This document shows, piece by piece, positions 1 through 13,029 of a DNA stretch of 64,000 nt. The notes below the pieces were generated by a model, which was not told the DNA's origin, made no database searches, and was given only the letters and a program-made list of their open reading frames with translations. This DNA is from Eledone cirrhosa (taxonomy: Eukaryota): NCBI GenBank assembly GCA_964016885.1, contig OZ024748.1, positions 16,368,001 to 16,432,000 on the forward strand. Reading direction: 5' to 3'. The position numbers were made by a program, and so were the translations under genes. Every line of letters starts with the position of its first letter. The stretch's first letter is position 1.

Positions 1-30
1 GCTGGCCTTGTGCCAAAAGTAGAAATAATT
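1..30 (+). mobile_element. 3' end of Nin/Deu-domain tRNA-SINE (family B), cut by window edge
   Basis: gctggccttgtgccaaaagtagaaataatt matches the terminus of full copies, e.g. 51233-51425. Confidence 0.8.
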
Positions 31-124
31 ATATATGTTCAACAACCATAACTATCATTTTTCTTACAGTTTAATCAAAGCATTGGTAGCAACCCATAGC
101 CCATCATTTTTTTTATTCAAGACA

Positions 125-477
125 TGGAGGCACATGGCTTAGTGGTTAGAGCATTGGCCTTGCAATCGAAAGGTTGTGAGTTCAATTCTCAGACCGTGTG
201 ATGTGTTGTTTCCTTGAGCAAGACACCTTATTTCACATTGCTCCAGTTCACTCAGCTGTAGAAATGAGATGAAAGGGAAAGGGACTGGAGTCTCTATCAT
301 TCCACTGCAAAGTGGTCGTGGAGGTGTCACGGCAAAAAATCACCCAGCACTCACTGTAAATGAGGTTGGTGTTAGGAAGGGCATCCAGCTGTAGAAATCA
401 AGCCAGAATCAGTTCCTGTCCCACCCTTGCAAGCAGGGAAAAGCGGATGTAAAATGATGATGATGATGATGATGATG
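125..477 (+). mobile_element. tRNA-head CORE-type SINE with RTE-derived tail (family A)
   Basis: A box TGGCTTAGTGG, B box GAGTTCAATTC, CORE-like ccttgagcaagacac...cagctgtagaaatgag, tail matching RTE 3' ends, (GAT)n terminus; possible 7-bp TSD aagacat (119-125 / 479-485). Confidence 0.9.
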
Positions 478-479
478 AA

Positions 480-722
480 GACATCCAACATCGATATGTG
501 ATTTGAATGACTAAGGAAAGAATCACTGGACAGATTTTATGGGCAAAGTCAACCAGCAGGAAACCCAGCTCAAGACCACAAGCAAGATAGTTGGATAAGA
601 TCCATAAGCTCAGTTGATATTGCTTAGGAATCCAGCCAGATTATTTGGAAATGGTAGCTTTTGATAGGATCTTCTGGCAGGCATGTCTGAGGACTCTACC
701 CTTCGTGACCCTCTCATGAATA
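480..722 (+). pseudogene. decayed 3' end of an older RTE LINE
   Basis: Translates with stops to MTKERITGQILWAKSTSRKP..RP..LDKIHKLS..LGIQP..LEMVAFDRIFWQACLRTL; homologous pieces at ~35150-35240(-), ~35880-36060(-), ~50660-50790(+), ~62170-62330(+). Confidence 0.7.
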
Positions 723-1054
723 TATGGGAGAAGGAGACATCCTCCATGTGTATGTGTTGGACCTTGGTCAGTTCCGACAACAAGTGCTCCAATTGATTCG
801 GTCAACTCACGAAATTAACATGCCAGTGGCTGAGCATTCCACAGATGCATGTAGTCTTAACATAATTCTAAGGGAGTTTCAGTGTCACACAGTATGTGGT
901 TTGGTTGGCTTTTCAATTACAGATACAGCTCATAAAGTACCTTGCTGAAAAGCATAAGAGGTCACTAAGAATCAAACACATGGCTTTCCACTAACTACTA
1001 TGCCACATATCTTCACTCGGTAGAGGAAATGAAAAACATTATTCTTGAACACAC

Positions 1055-1540
1055 AGCTTTACAATTGTGAATAAAACCCACTAACAGCTATGCCATAATT
1101 GTGAACCAGACACACTAACTACTATGCCACAATTGTTAATCAAACCCACTAACTACTATGTCACAATTAGGAACCAAACCCACTAACTACTATGCCACAA
1201 TTGTTAATCAAACCCACTAACTACTATGCCACAATTGTGAACCAAACACACTAACTGTTATGTCACAATTGTTAATCAAACCCACTAACTGCTATGCCAC
1301 AATTGTGAACCAAACCCACTAGCTACTATGCCACAATTGTGAACCAAACCCACTAGCTACTATGCCACAATTGTGAACCAAATCCACTAACTACTATGCC
1401 ACAATTGTGAACCAAACCCACTAACTACTATGCCACAATTGTGAACCAAACACACTAACTGCTATGTCACAATTGTTAACCAAACACACTAACTCCTATG
1501 CCATAATTGTGAACTAAACACACTAACTGTTATGCCACAT
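1055..1540. repeat. 34-bp minisatellite (~14 copies) derived from a tRNA-SINE head
   Basis: Unit aaacccactaactactatgccacaattgtgaacc; reverse complement contains TGGCATAGTAGTTAG (A-box-like). Confidence 0.85.
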
Positions 1541-1570
1541 ATCTTCATTAGTTAATGGAAATGATGAAGT

Positions 1571-1741
1571 TACCCTATTTCTCGGAGCTGAAGACGCTTC
1601 GTCCTTCAGGACGCACCATAATTTTGACAACTAAAAATTTGTAAAAAAATGATAAACACTCTCGGGCTCCAGGACGTATGGTAGAATTTTGAGACTTATT
1701 TTAGCCAAAAAGTAACGTCTTTGATGCCGGGAAATAAGGTG
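1571..1741. mobile_element. pogo/Tigger-type MITE
   Basis: Imperfect TIRs taccctatttctcgg...aagacg / cgtctt...ccgggaaataaggtg; internal repeats of aggacg. Confidence 0.65.
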
Positions 1742-3880
1742 TTCTCAAACTGGTCATCTAGCCTTAATGTTTGTAACATAACATGCTCAGATAAACGTGT
1801 GCTGGAGTTAAGCAGTTAAGTCATGTGAAAAATTACGATCACCATTCTAGGGCAATTTTTTACAGTCATAAGAAGTCTTTCCAGATACAAACCCTTTTAG
1901 CTGCCTCCTACGACTTACACAGCGATATATTGTTCCAATTCTAAACCAAATACACATCGCCTCCATAGCATCACCAATATGTCTGTTTTATATGTCTGTT
2001 GTTCAATACTTGCCAATGTATGTTAATTTATTTACTTCAAATTAATGGTTCCAACTCATAATGATAATGTTAGTATCTCCCTGTAGTTACATTCTGATCA
2101 TATTTGATTTAAATAAAGCTTCACTTATGCATTCTATCTTCCATATTTATATTAAATACTTACTTTTTTTCTACTCCCATTTAAAACCAAACCATTTTTA
2201 GATTCCCTTTCTGTTTCAAGAGTATTATATATATTTATATATATACATATATATATATATATATCATTTCTTTTCTTTCTATTTTCAGTAACAATCTAAG
2301 ATATTTTCTTGAAACTGAACATTTCAAAACAATGCCTATTTCCTAAATATATCTATTTAAGTATAATTATATAATACATATTTTTTTTATTTTCAATTAT
2401 ATATGTTACAAAAAGAAAAAAGATTATCTTCAATTATATCATCCATCTTTCAATATATTTGCATTCCTTCTTTTGTTATTTTTATCCTTATTTTTAATTT
2501 TGCGGTTAAGATTTTTCTCGGCAGCCATTTGCTGATAAGTAGGGATATTAGGTTTTAAAAAAAAATGTTACACCATATCAATTTTCAGCAAAATTGATAT
2601 GGTATTTCAGTAATTTTATCAAACATTTCTTATGGCTAATGATGATAGAGGTAAGGAATATTTCAGTAATATCACTCACATCTGCTTCAAGTAGTTGCCT
2701 GTTGCAGAAATGGTAATTTAAAAGAGCCATTTTATTTTATTTTATATTTTGTTTGTTTATTTTTCTCTTTCTTTCCACCCCCCACCCCTATTTCTATTGG
2801 TTTATAATAGAGAATTTAAGAATTCTTAAAGAAATTATTCCCAGATAGTTACACCTCAGTAAATATGTCTAATAAAGCAATGATGGGGGAAATTTTCGAT
2901 ATGCAATTGCTAGAAAATCTCAAAATTGCAGATGATTTGGTTCAGTGAGAAATTTCAAGAAATTCTTCACATTAATTGGTTTTAACATGTTATTATTTGG
3001 ATTCTGAACTTGGTTTTCATTTTCTTCTTTGGCCAGTCTGGTGGTCTTGCTGGGTTTGCCTAATAATAAATATCTCAGCAGTGGTGGCAGCAGCAGAAGG
3101 CAACCATAGGAACACTGACATAAAAGTTCCTTAATGATGTATGTATCGGAGAGAAAGAGTGGATGGTGGTGATGATGGTGGAGGAGGGGTCTAAAATGTC
3201 AGAGGGGGAGTTCAGAGAGAAGCTGGAGAGAGAGTGAGCAGTGGAGGTGAAGAGAGGAAGCAAGAGACAGTTAAAAAGAAAGTAAAACAGAGAGAGATGG
3301 GGAGAGAAAGAGAGTAAAACACAGGGAGAGGAGAGATAGTGAGAGAGAGTAAAACAGAGAGAGAGGGGAGAGAGCAAGAGAGACTTATGGAAGAAAGCAA
3401 TTATCCATTATTTCATAAAAATGGCTACAGATTGTTGAGTAAGAATTGTGGCACCTCTGGTTTCAAATTGTGATCTAAGAGTGGTTCTGGTGAGGAAAAT
3501 AAACCAATACTTGAAGCAGTTAATAACTTATATGGAGGAGATTACCTCCATTTTATTCTTTTACCAGTTTTAGTCATCAGACTGGCCATGCTGGGGCACT
3601 ATGTTAAAGCGATTTCAGTCAATCATGCCAACCCCAGTACTTATTTTTCCCTCTCAAACCCATGCTGGCATGGAAATGTGGACATAATGATGATGATGAT
3701 GATATATATTTTTTTGAGCTTTTATTAAAAATCATATTTATTTTTTTTTTTTTTTTTTATTGTCATAGGGGTGTCATCCTGCCACATTGCATGTTTTGTA
3801 AACCTGGAACTTATTTTATCTATCTTTTTTTTTCAAACCATTAAGTTCAGGACATAGATGCGCATGCACACACACATATA

Positions 3881-4096
3881 TAGTGTATATACTTGTATAT
3901 AAGCTGAGGAATATGTAACCAAAAAATCGTGGGTGAAATGAGGAGTGGTCGACTTATATTTGAGGTAAATATTTTGATGATTTTCACCAACTTAAAATTC
4001 TATGTAAATAAGGTTTGGATTTTTGCCCATTTATCAGACATAAAATAGTGGGGTCAGCTTATATTCATGTCTGCTTATTTTCAAGTATATATGGTA
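3881..4096. mobile_element. pogo/Tigger-type MITE (decayed)
   Basis: TIR-like tagtgtatatacttgtatataagc / gcttattttcaagtatatatggta with repeated (g)cttatat subterminal motifs. Confidence 0.55.
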
Positions 4097-4293
4097 TATA
4101 TGCTCAAATGGAAAATAGATGTTCAAAAATGATTATATATATTTTATTCAAGACATTGGTTAACCTAAGATTATAGTATAAGACAATTGGCCAGGGTCCT
4201 ACACAGTGGAAGGGAACCTGAAACCACGTGGCTGAAAATTGGACTCTTTAACTACACAGCTATGCCTGTACTTACATGTATTTTCATGTCATT

Positions 4294-4520
4294 GTGGAAG
4301 CACATGATTTGGTTGTCAGGATGTTCAACTTATGATAATAAGATTGAGTGTTCAATTCCTGGACTTGAGGGCATGTTGTGTTCTTGTGCACAATATTTTA
4401 CTTCACATTGCTCCTTCTGCCAGGAGTTTTGATCAGTAGATAGTATCAGCAATGGAAAGACCAATGGAAACATTGTTTCTTTGGTCCGATCTGATGATCT
4501 GATGTCATTAGGAATTTAGA
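4294..4520 (+). mobile_element. old CORE-type SINE, alternative tail (same tail as 42159-42362)
   Basis: Degenerate tRNA head and CORE followed by gatagtatcagcaatggaaagaccaatggaaac. Confidence 0.6.
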
Positions 4521-4736
4521 AAACTAATAAACAATTCACCAGAACTTTCAATTCACAGTGAAAACTACTATCCATAGCTGCCTCATTAATTATGCATTTA
4601 TATTTATTCATAAGAAAGAAAAGAAGTAACTCTGTATACACATGAGGAATTTTTCTAAGCTTCTCTCATTCCTTTATTAGTTTTCTCTTTGTTTCAGTAA
4701 AGTGGAAAGACATTGTTCAAATACATTTGCTTCATT

Positions 4737-5290
4737 TAACCATTTTCAGGCTAAACTGCCAGAAGCTGTTCATGGTTCTATAATACAAAACTACTTCTTT
4801 TAAAGTGTTTATATTTATTTGAAAACCTTCCATAATAGTTTTATATAAAAACCTTTGTTAAGATATATTTCAAGCACCAGCTTAAACTTTTTCACACCAG
4901 ACCACCATAACCACATTTAGTTCTATGATACAAAACTGTTTTATAGTATCTATATTCATCTAAAAAAAATCTTCCATCATAATTTTATGTAAGAACTTTT
5001 GTTAGGCTATGTTCCAAATACCAGCTTAAACTTGTTCACACCATACCAACATAACTACCCTTAGATCTATGATACGAAACTGTTTCCTTTAAAGTGTTTA
5101 TATTTATGTAATAACCTTCCATCATATTTTTATATAAGAACCTTTGTTAAGCTATGTTCCAAATACCAGCTTAACCATTTTCACACTAAACCACCCCAAT
5201 CCACTCTTGGTTCTATGATGCAAAACTGTTTCTTTTAAAGTGCTTATATTTATATGAAAACCTTTCATAATAATTTTATATAAAACCCTT
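4737..5290. repeat. ~145-bp diverged tandem repeat, ~4 copies
   Basis: Recurring ttctatgatacaaaactg...aaagtgtttatattt...aacctttgttaag...ccagcttaa starting at ~4737, 4883, 5027, 5172. Confidence 0.75.
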
Positions 5291-5399
5291 TATGTGTATA
5301 TATACTTTATTTTCTCAACACTGTAAGAATGAAAGGCAAAGCTCACTTAAATGGGATTTGAACTCAGACTGCCAATCCACCATCTTAATAATAATAATG

Positions 5400-5660
5400 G
5401 TTTCTTATTTAGGTACAAGGCTAAACATTACACCAAAACACATGAAAACAGAAACGGGCCCCATAAAAATAAAAAAATCTTTGGACAAATTCCTCCAAGA
5501 AATCCCATATATACTTTCTACACCCAGACATGACTCCACGAATAGTATAACTCTCGACTTAAGGGCCATGGTGTCCAAATTCTAATTTGAAAGACTTCAA
5601 GTGCTGCTATTAAGTTAGACATGGCCTGGGCCAATACTGGCTGAAAGTTATCAAATTTAC
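5400..5660 (+). pseudogene. 3' fragment of a CR1/L2-group LINE
   Basis: GTRLNITPKHMKTET..KIKKSLDKFLQEIP resembles the CR1-group ORF2 C-terminus (GPRLFNxLP..FKxxLDKFL..IP). Confidence 0.55.
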
Positions 5661-5697
<37 letters not shown>

Positions 5698-5713
5698 CAT
5701 ATATATATACATA

Positions 5714-7320
<1,607 letters not shown>

Positions 7321-7368
7321 CATGGGAGGGACACAGACACATACACACATCACATACACACACACATT

Positions 7369-7402
<34 letters not shown>

Positions 7403-7414
7403 TATGCCCAAATT

Positions 7415-8965
7415 CTGATATGCTGAATGGCTTCCTCGAATCCATTAGATGTCAATGCATTGTTAAGCACATTTGCCTTTCTATAAAAAGCTACTTCATC
7501 ATAAGATATTGTGGAAATTTGCTTGCTCAAGCTGTTAGCTAGATTCTTAAGAATACCTGGTGAATGATTATATTTACTGTCTATATATAATGATGAATGG
7601 TTAGTTTCCCTGGGCGGATGGAATATTACATTATTCAGGTTGAAAGCAACGGGAAAATAGTTGACTATTTTGAAGTTAGATGGTACTGTAGTTTTTATCT
7701 TCAAGTCAAAGGATGCTTTTATTAATTCTCAAAGACCTGTGCCACATGAAATGAATATTGGCAAAACATTATTGAAAAGTTCAAACAGCACTATGGATAA
7801 ATCACATTAAAAATTAGTCTTTGCTCAATTATTAGAAATATTTTAATGCAGATCCATCTACTATTATAGATAGATACTATAAATATTTGAATAAACAAAC
7901 TCGTTTTTTGATATTTTCTGTTAAACTATTGCCAGATCTATTCTTGGATATTACAAGGCCATCATCTCTATAAAGTCATCCAGCAATAGTGTGAAACTTT
8001 AAACAAATCACGTCAAAAATATAGATACCAATTTAAATTCAAATTGATTCTCCAGCACTTATACTTGCATCAAAGGCATTTGCTAAAAAAATAACAGGAT
8101 TGATTTTATGGCAGGCATAATTATTTATATGTTGTTATCCATCATATTAGAATGAGAAAGAAAGGAAAGCAGCTGATCATTAAATTGGATCAAGGAACTA
8201 TGTTTCTATTTGTCTTTCTATTGCTGATAATATCTGCGTCGCTTTGTTAAATCAATGGCTTACAGCACGAGAGACGATGTGGTCGATGAATGATAATTCA
8301 TACATTATATGCTAGAAAATGAGTGAATATGATTTCTCGTTTATCAAGTATAGGCTTAATTCAACATATAACAAATGCCATATTCTTCAAAATCACCATT
8401 TCTTTTGTGTATGTCATTTTTAATTTTATCTAATATCACTTCTTAGCAATTTCGTTTTCATTGAGTCAATGAGTCTCAAGGTAGATTTGCTAAAAATCGG
8501 TATATGCTCCTTGAGAGTCACATAAAATTTCTTTAGTTCAAAGTTCCTCAGTCTATCATTTATGTTTAGACTCGAAGCAATAAATTTTGGCCACCTTATT
8601 TATAACAGAATATAAACTATCAACGGTGTGTGTGTGTTTTTTTTCAGTTCTGTTATAGATGTTGGTAAGGCTACTTTTCATAATATCGATATAAGTGTCA
8701 CAGTTCATTTTGTCTGTATTAGTAGTTGTCTGCTTTCGTGAACATTTTGTTTGATTTCCCTGAGTTTATTTATGTTAAATGCCAATTTATGCTGGAAGGT
8801 GTTACATACTTTCTTGAACTCTATATTATTCACTATTCCAGAGATGTCTTTCTCAAAAGATTCCACTAATATATTTCTATGTGGACATCTTATGGTTTTA
8901 CAGCAATATTCCAAACCCTTTGATACAATGTTGTCATTTTCGTCATTTACCAATGTATTTTAGTG
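7415..8965 (-). pseudogene. decayed Penelope-like element (PLE) reverse transcriptase
   Basis: LYRDDGL catalytic motif at ~7955-7975; upstream FEKDISGIVNNIEFKKV..FQ.KL and FYVTLKEH..LRLID; downstream NFKIVNY..FNLNN..LYIDSKYNHSPGILKNL..LNNAL..GF; many stops and frameshifts. Confidence 0.85.
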
Positions 8966-9222
8966 CTTTCATTTTAACTATATCGTCCCCAGGTGTATGA
9001 GATATTTAATAAATTGTTTGTTAGTGTGTATACATATATATTTTATAAGAGGGATTGGCAGAGTCATTAGAACATCAGATAGACTACCTTGCCGCATTTG
9101 TTCCAGCTTTCTACTCCGAGGTCAAATCCTGCTGAGGTCAAATTTGTCTTTCTGATTGAGCACTGTTTTCCTTCTTCAAACCTACAGATATTTTCTATAT
9201 ACACATATAGATGTACACACAT

Positions 9223-9303
<81 letters not shown>

Positions 9304-9326
9304 TAAATATATATTTAATTAGTTAC

Positions 9327-9400
9327 TATTTCATCTGATGAACAGGCTGGACATTTCTGTAAGGATTGTCTAGTTTCTTGAAACCTTTAGTAATGGAATA
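9327..9400 (+). ncRNA. type I minimal hammerhead ribozyme motif
   Basis: tatttcat-CTGATGA-stem II (aggctggaca/tgtctagttt)-GAAAC-cttta-GTA-atggaata; stem I pairs 8/8 with one GU; base of stem II imperfect. Confidence 0.7.
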
Positions 9401-9524
9401 ATTATATTATGTTGTTTATTACATAATTAAATAGCTCTGTACTATACATAGAGCACTCTTCTTTCCTTTACCTTTTCTACGGAAATACTTAACACACACA
9501 TATATATATATATAGATATGTGTA

Positions 9525-9767
9525 TCCTGGGTTAAATTGGGGAGGTAATCACAGTAAGTAAGGTACTCAATACATAGCAGGTATAAATATTTAATATAGA
9601 AATGGCTTCTACAGGACTGGAACTGTATATATATATATATATATGTATGTTTGTAGCCATAACACCTGATAGGCATTGTAATGACATACTGCTTGCCTTG
9701 TCTTGGGCAATTTAAAACCTGGTGGCACCCATCCCCTTTCAAGGCTTCAACATGGCTAATTTGTTGC

Positions 9768-9810
<43 letters not shown>

Positions 9811-10316
9811 AGAGAGAGAGAGAGAGAGATGGAGGGGAGGGGAGGGGAGGGGGAGAGAGATGAAGTAAGAAAGAGAAATAGGGAACAAGTCAAGCCTGAT
9901 ACTGGACTGGTACTTTTTTTTTATTGACAAAATGAAAGGCAAAGCTGAACTCAGTGGGTTTTGAACTCCGCATGTCCAGCATCATAATGAATACCACAAA
10001 AGATTCTATCTGCCACTCTAACAACTGTGGTAATTTGACACCTTTTCCACTTTTAAATATAAATATAAATATATGTGTGTGTATATATATCATCAGGGAA
10101 AAGCAGACGTAAAATGATGATGATGATATATATATATGTATATGTGAGTCCCGAGTTTAATCGGGGGTAACCACAGTTAGTAAAGTACTCAATACATTAG
10201 ATGTAATAAGATGTTTACAAAGTGTAAACATCTTATTTGATATAGAAATAGCTTCTACAGGACTTCTTTTGAATGAAACAGTACTAGTTCTGTAGAAGCA
10301 ATTTCATTATTGAACA

Positions 10317-10356
<40 letters not shown>

Positions 10357-10412
10357 CTTCCTGATGATGTCTCCCGAATCAAACAGTTCTAGTCCTGTAG
10401 AAGCCATTTCTA
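9525..10412. mobile_element. three fragments of one hammerhead-bearing PLE pLTR family
   Basis: 9525-9627(-), 10145-10310 (inverted junction) and 10354-10412(+) share ctgtagaagccatttctata; 10355-10405 = ggcttc-CTGATGA...(G>C)AAAcag..ctgTA-gaagcc. Confidence 0.6.
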
Positions 10413-10434
10413 TACATATATATATATACACACA

Positions 10435-10522
10435 TTATATATATATATATAATAATATATATATATGTATAATAATATATATATATAATATATATATATA
10501 TATATAATATATATATATATAT

Positions 10523-10553
<31 letters not shown>

Positions 10554-10565
10554 ATATATATATAT

Positions 10566-10609
<44 letters not shown>

Positions 10610-10773
10610 ATATATATAATATATATATAATATATATTATATATAATATATATATAATATATATTATATATAATATATATATAATATATATTATATATAA
10701 TATATAATATATATAATATATATATATATAATATATATATATATAATATATATATATATATTATATATATATA

Positions 10774-10805
<32 letters not shown>

Positions 10806-10862
10806 ATATATATATAATATATATATATATAATATATATATATATAATATATATATATATAT

Positions 10863-10894
<32 letters not shown>

Positions 10895-10943
10895 CATATA
10901 TATACATATATATACATATATATATATATACATATATATATAT
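10435..10943. repeat. (TA)n/(TAA) microsatellite tract
   Basis: Directly visible; representative of dozens of (TA)n, (CA)n and (GA)n tracts in the window. Confidence 0.95.
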
Positions 10944-11459
10944 AAAACCACATGCATAAAAACCTTGTCTGGAAATATTAATTAATATGTCATCCACTCC
11001 AGTGTAGTGTAGTTATATTTTATGAAAAAAAACAAGAAAAAAAACACAAAAAAACAAAAAACAAAAAAAAAACAAAAAAAAAACAAAAAAAAAAACGAAA
11101 ATGTGCTCAGCATCATATTTAGTGAGGCAAAGAAAGATAACGCCATTTTTCTAAAACATCACTGATTCTGGAATTGTATAATTGCTTCAACCAATATGAT
11201 CGGAACCAATCAACTGATTAATATACTATAAACGTACATTCTTGGTATGGTTTCTAATTTCAGATTCTTGCAACACAGCCAGTCTGTTTATTCTTGGTAA
11301 ACAATCAGACTTGGAATTATTTGAGCTCAGTTAGACACTTCTCCTTGCTGGAGAACATTCAGAAATTTATTCTTCAGACAGATACACAGTTCGGTGACAT
11401 TTATATATATATATATATATGTGTGTATGTGTGTGTATATATATGTGTGTATGTGTGTG

Positions 11460-11508
<49 letters not shown>

Positions 11509-11626
11509 CTATATTTATATATATATGTATATATATCCTCCATCTATATATAACATCCATCTTCCACACTATATATATATTTATATATGCATATATATAT
11601 TCATATTTGTATATACGTATATGTAT

Positions 11627-11658
<32 letters not shown>

Positions 11659-11660
11659 AT

Positions 11661-12146
11661 ATATTGTTATACTTGAGGAGGGTCATATTTGTGTAATATT
11701 GCCAGGATTAATAACAGAACACACTTACTGTTTGGTTGGTTTTCGCTTTTCACTTCTGTGTCTTTTATATCGGTAATCTAATTTATTCGGTCCTCACTGT
11801 TGCCATTGACTGACCAACGGTCAAAAATAATACAGATACAATATAGACACAAACACATATATATAGTTTATCAAAGTTCTTTCGTTGCACATCTGCAACA
11901 TCGTCAGTGGTGGTATTGTCTCCTCCCATTGCATTGTATTTTCTATGCCATCTTTATTTAGTCTGTAGGACCGAATAAATTAGATTACTGATATAAAAGA
12001 CACAGAAGCGAAAAGCGAAAACCAACCAAATAGTAAGTGTGTTCTGTTATTAATTCTGGCAATATTACACAAATATGACCCTCCCCAAGTATAACAATAT
12101 TTGTTTCGACACACGATTTCATATCAAAAAGCTTGCAAAACTAATA
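11661..12146. mobile_element. inverted PLE-type pLTR pair (family P2) with hammerhead
   Basis: Arms 11661-11794 / 11967-12100; minus-strand CTGACGA-t-gttgca-gatg-tgcaac-GAAA at ~11880-11907; right arm runs into ATG 12075 ([22 protein letters not shown]). Confidence 0.75.
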
Positions 12147-12693
12147 TTTTTATATATATTTACATACATATATACATACATATTTATATATATGTATATA
12201 TATATTTACATATATATACATATATATATATTTACATATATATTTACATATATATATATGTATATATATTTACATATATATATATATATACATACATATT
12301 TATATATGTGTATATATATATTTACATATATGCATATATTTACATATATATATACATATATATTTACATATATGTATATATATATTTACATATATATATA
12401 TATATATATTTACATATATGTATATATATATTTACATATATATATACATATATATTTATATATGTGTATATATATATATATATTTCGTTTCTGAATTTGT
12501 TTAGCAAGATTCTTTATCTGAAATCGTGTGTTGAAACCGATATTGTTATACTTTGGGAGGGTCATGTTGCCAATAAGAAACACACGCACCAGTTGCTTTC
12601 ACTTCAATTTATTATATATTTATAAATTTACAAATTTACAAACTTATAAATTTCTGGTTGGTTGGTTCCACGACCAGATAGTTGTTTATATAT

Positions 12694-12738
12694 AGTCATA
12701 GTCCTTTCGTCACACACTCTGTGACCTCTTCAGTGACT
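12694..12738 (-). ncRNA. minimal hammerhead ribozyme (intact core)
   Basis: Exact reverse complement of 12827-12871. Confidence 0.8.
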
Positions 12739-12826
12739 GGGGATTCCTTTCTTCGTTTCTGTGCCTTTCCTTCATTGGCGTAGGATAGAAGAAAGGAAAG
12801 GCACAGAAACGAAGAAAGGAATCCCC

Positions 12827-12871
12827 AGTCACTGAAGAGGTCACAGAGTGTGTGACGAAAGGACTATGACT
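12827..12871 (+). ncRNA. minimal hammerhead ribozyme (intact core)
   Basis: agtca-CTGAAGA-g-gtcaca-gagtg-tgtgac-GAAA-ggac-TA-tgact: perfect stems I and II, 1-bp stem III typical of PLE minimal hammerheads. Confidence 0.8.
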
Positions 12872-13029
12872 ATATATAAACAACTATCTGGTTGTGGAAC
12901 CAACCAACCAACCAGAAATTTATAAGTTTGTAAATTTGTAAATTTATAAATTTATAAATATATAATAAATTGAAGTGAAAGCAACTGGTACGTGTGTTTC
13001 TTATTGGCAACATGACCCTCCCAAAGTAT

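Noticed and set aside
125-195. Genuine tRNA gene
   Set aside because: A and B boxes are present but there is no acceptor stem, and it continues into the SINE body in every copy
2580-2656. Possible host exon (ttttcag...ATGGCTAATGATGATAGAG|gtaagg)
   Set aside because: Only six codons, with no partner exon or recognisable homology; needs RNA-seq
7976-7978. In-frame TGA before LYRDD as possible selenocysteine
   Set aside because: Position is expected to be Gly (GGA>TGA) and the element has many other disabling mutations
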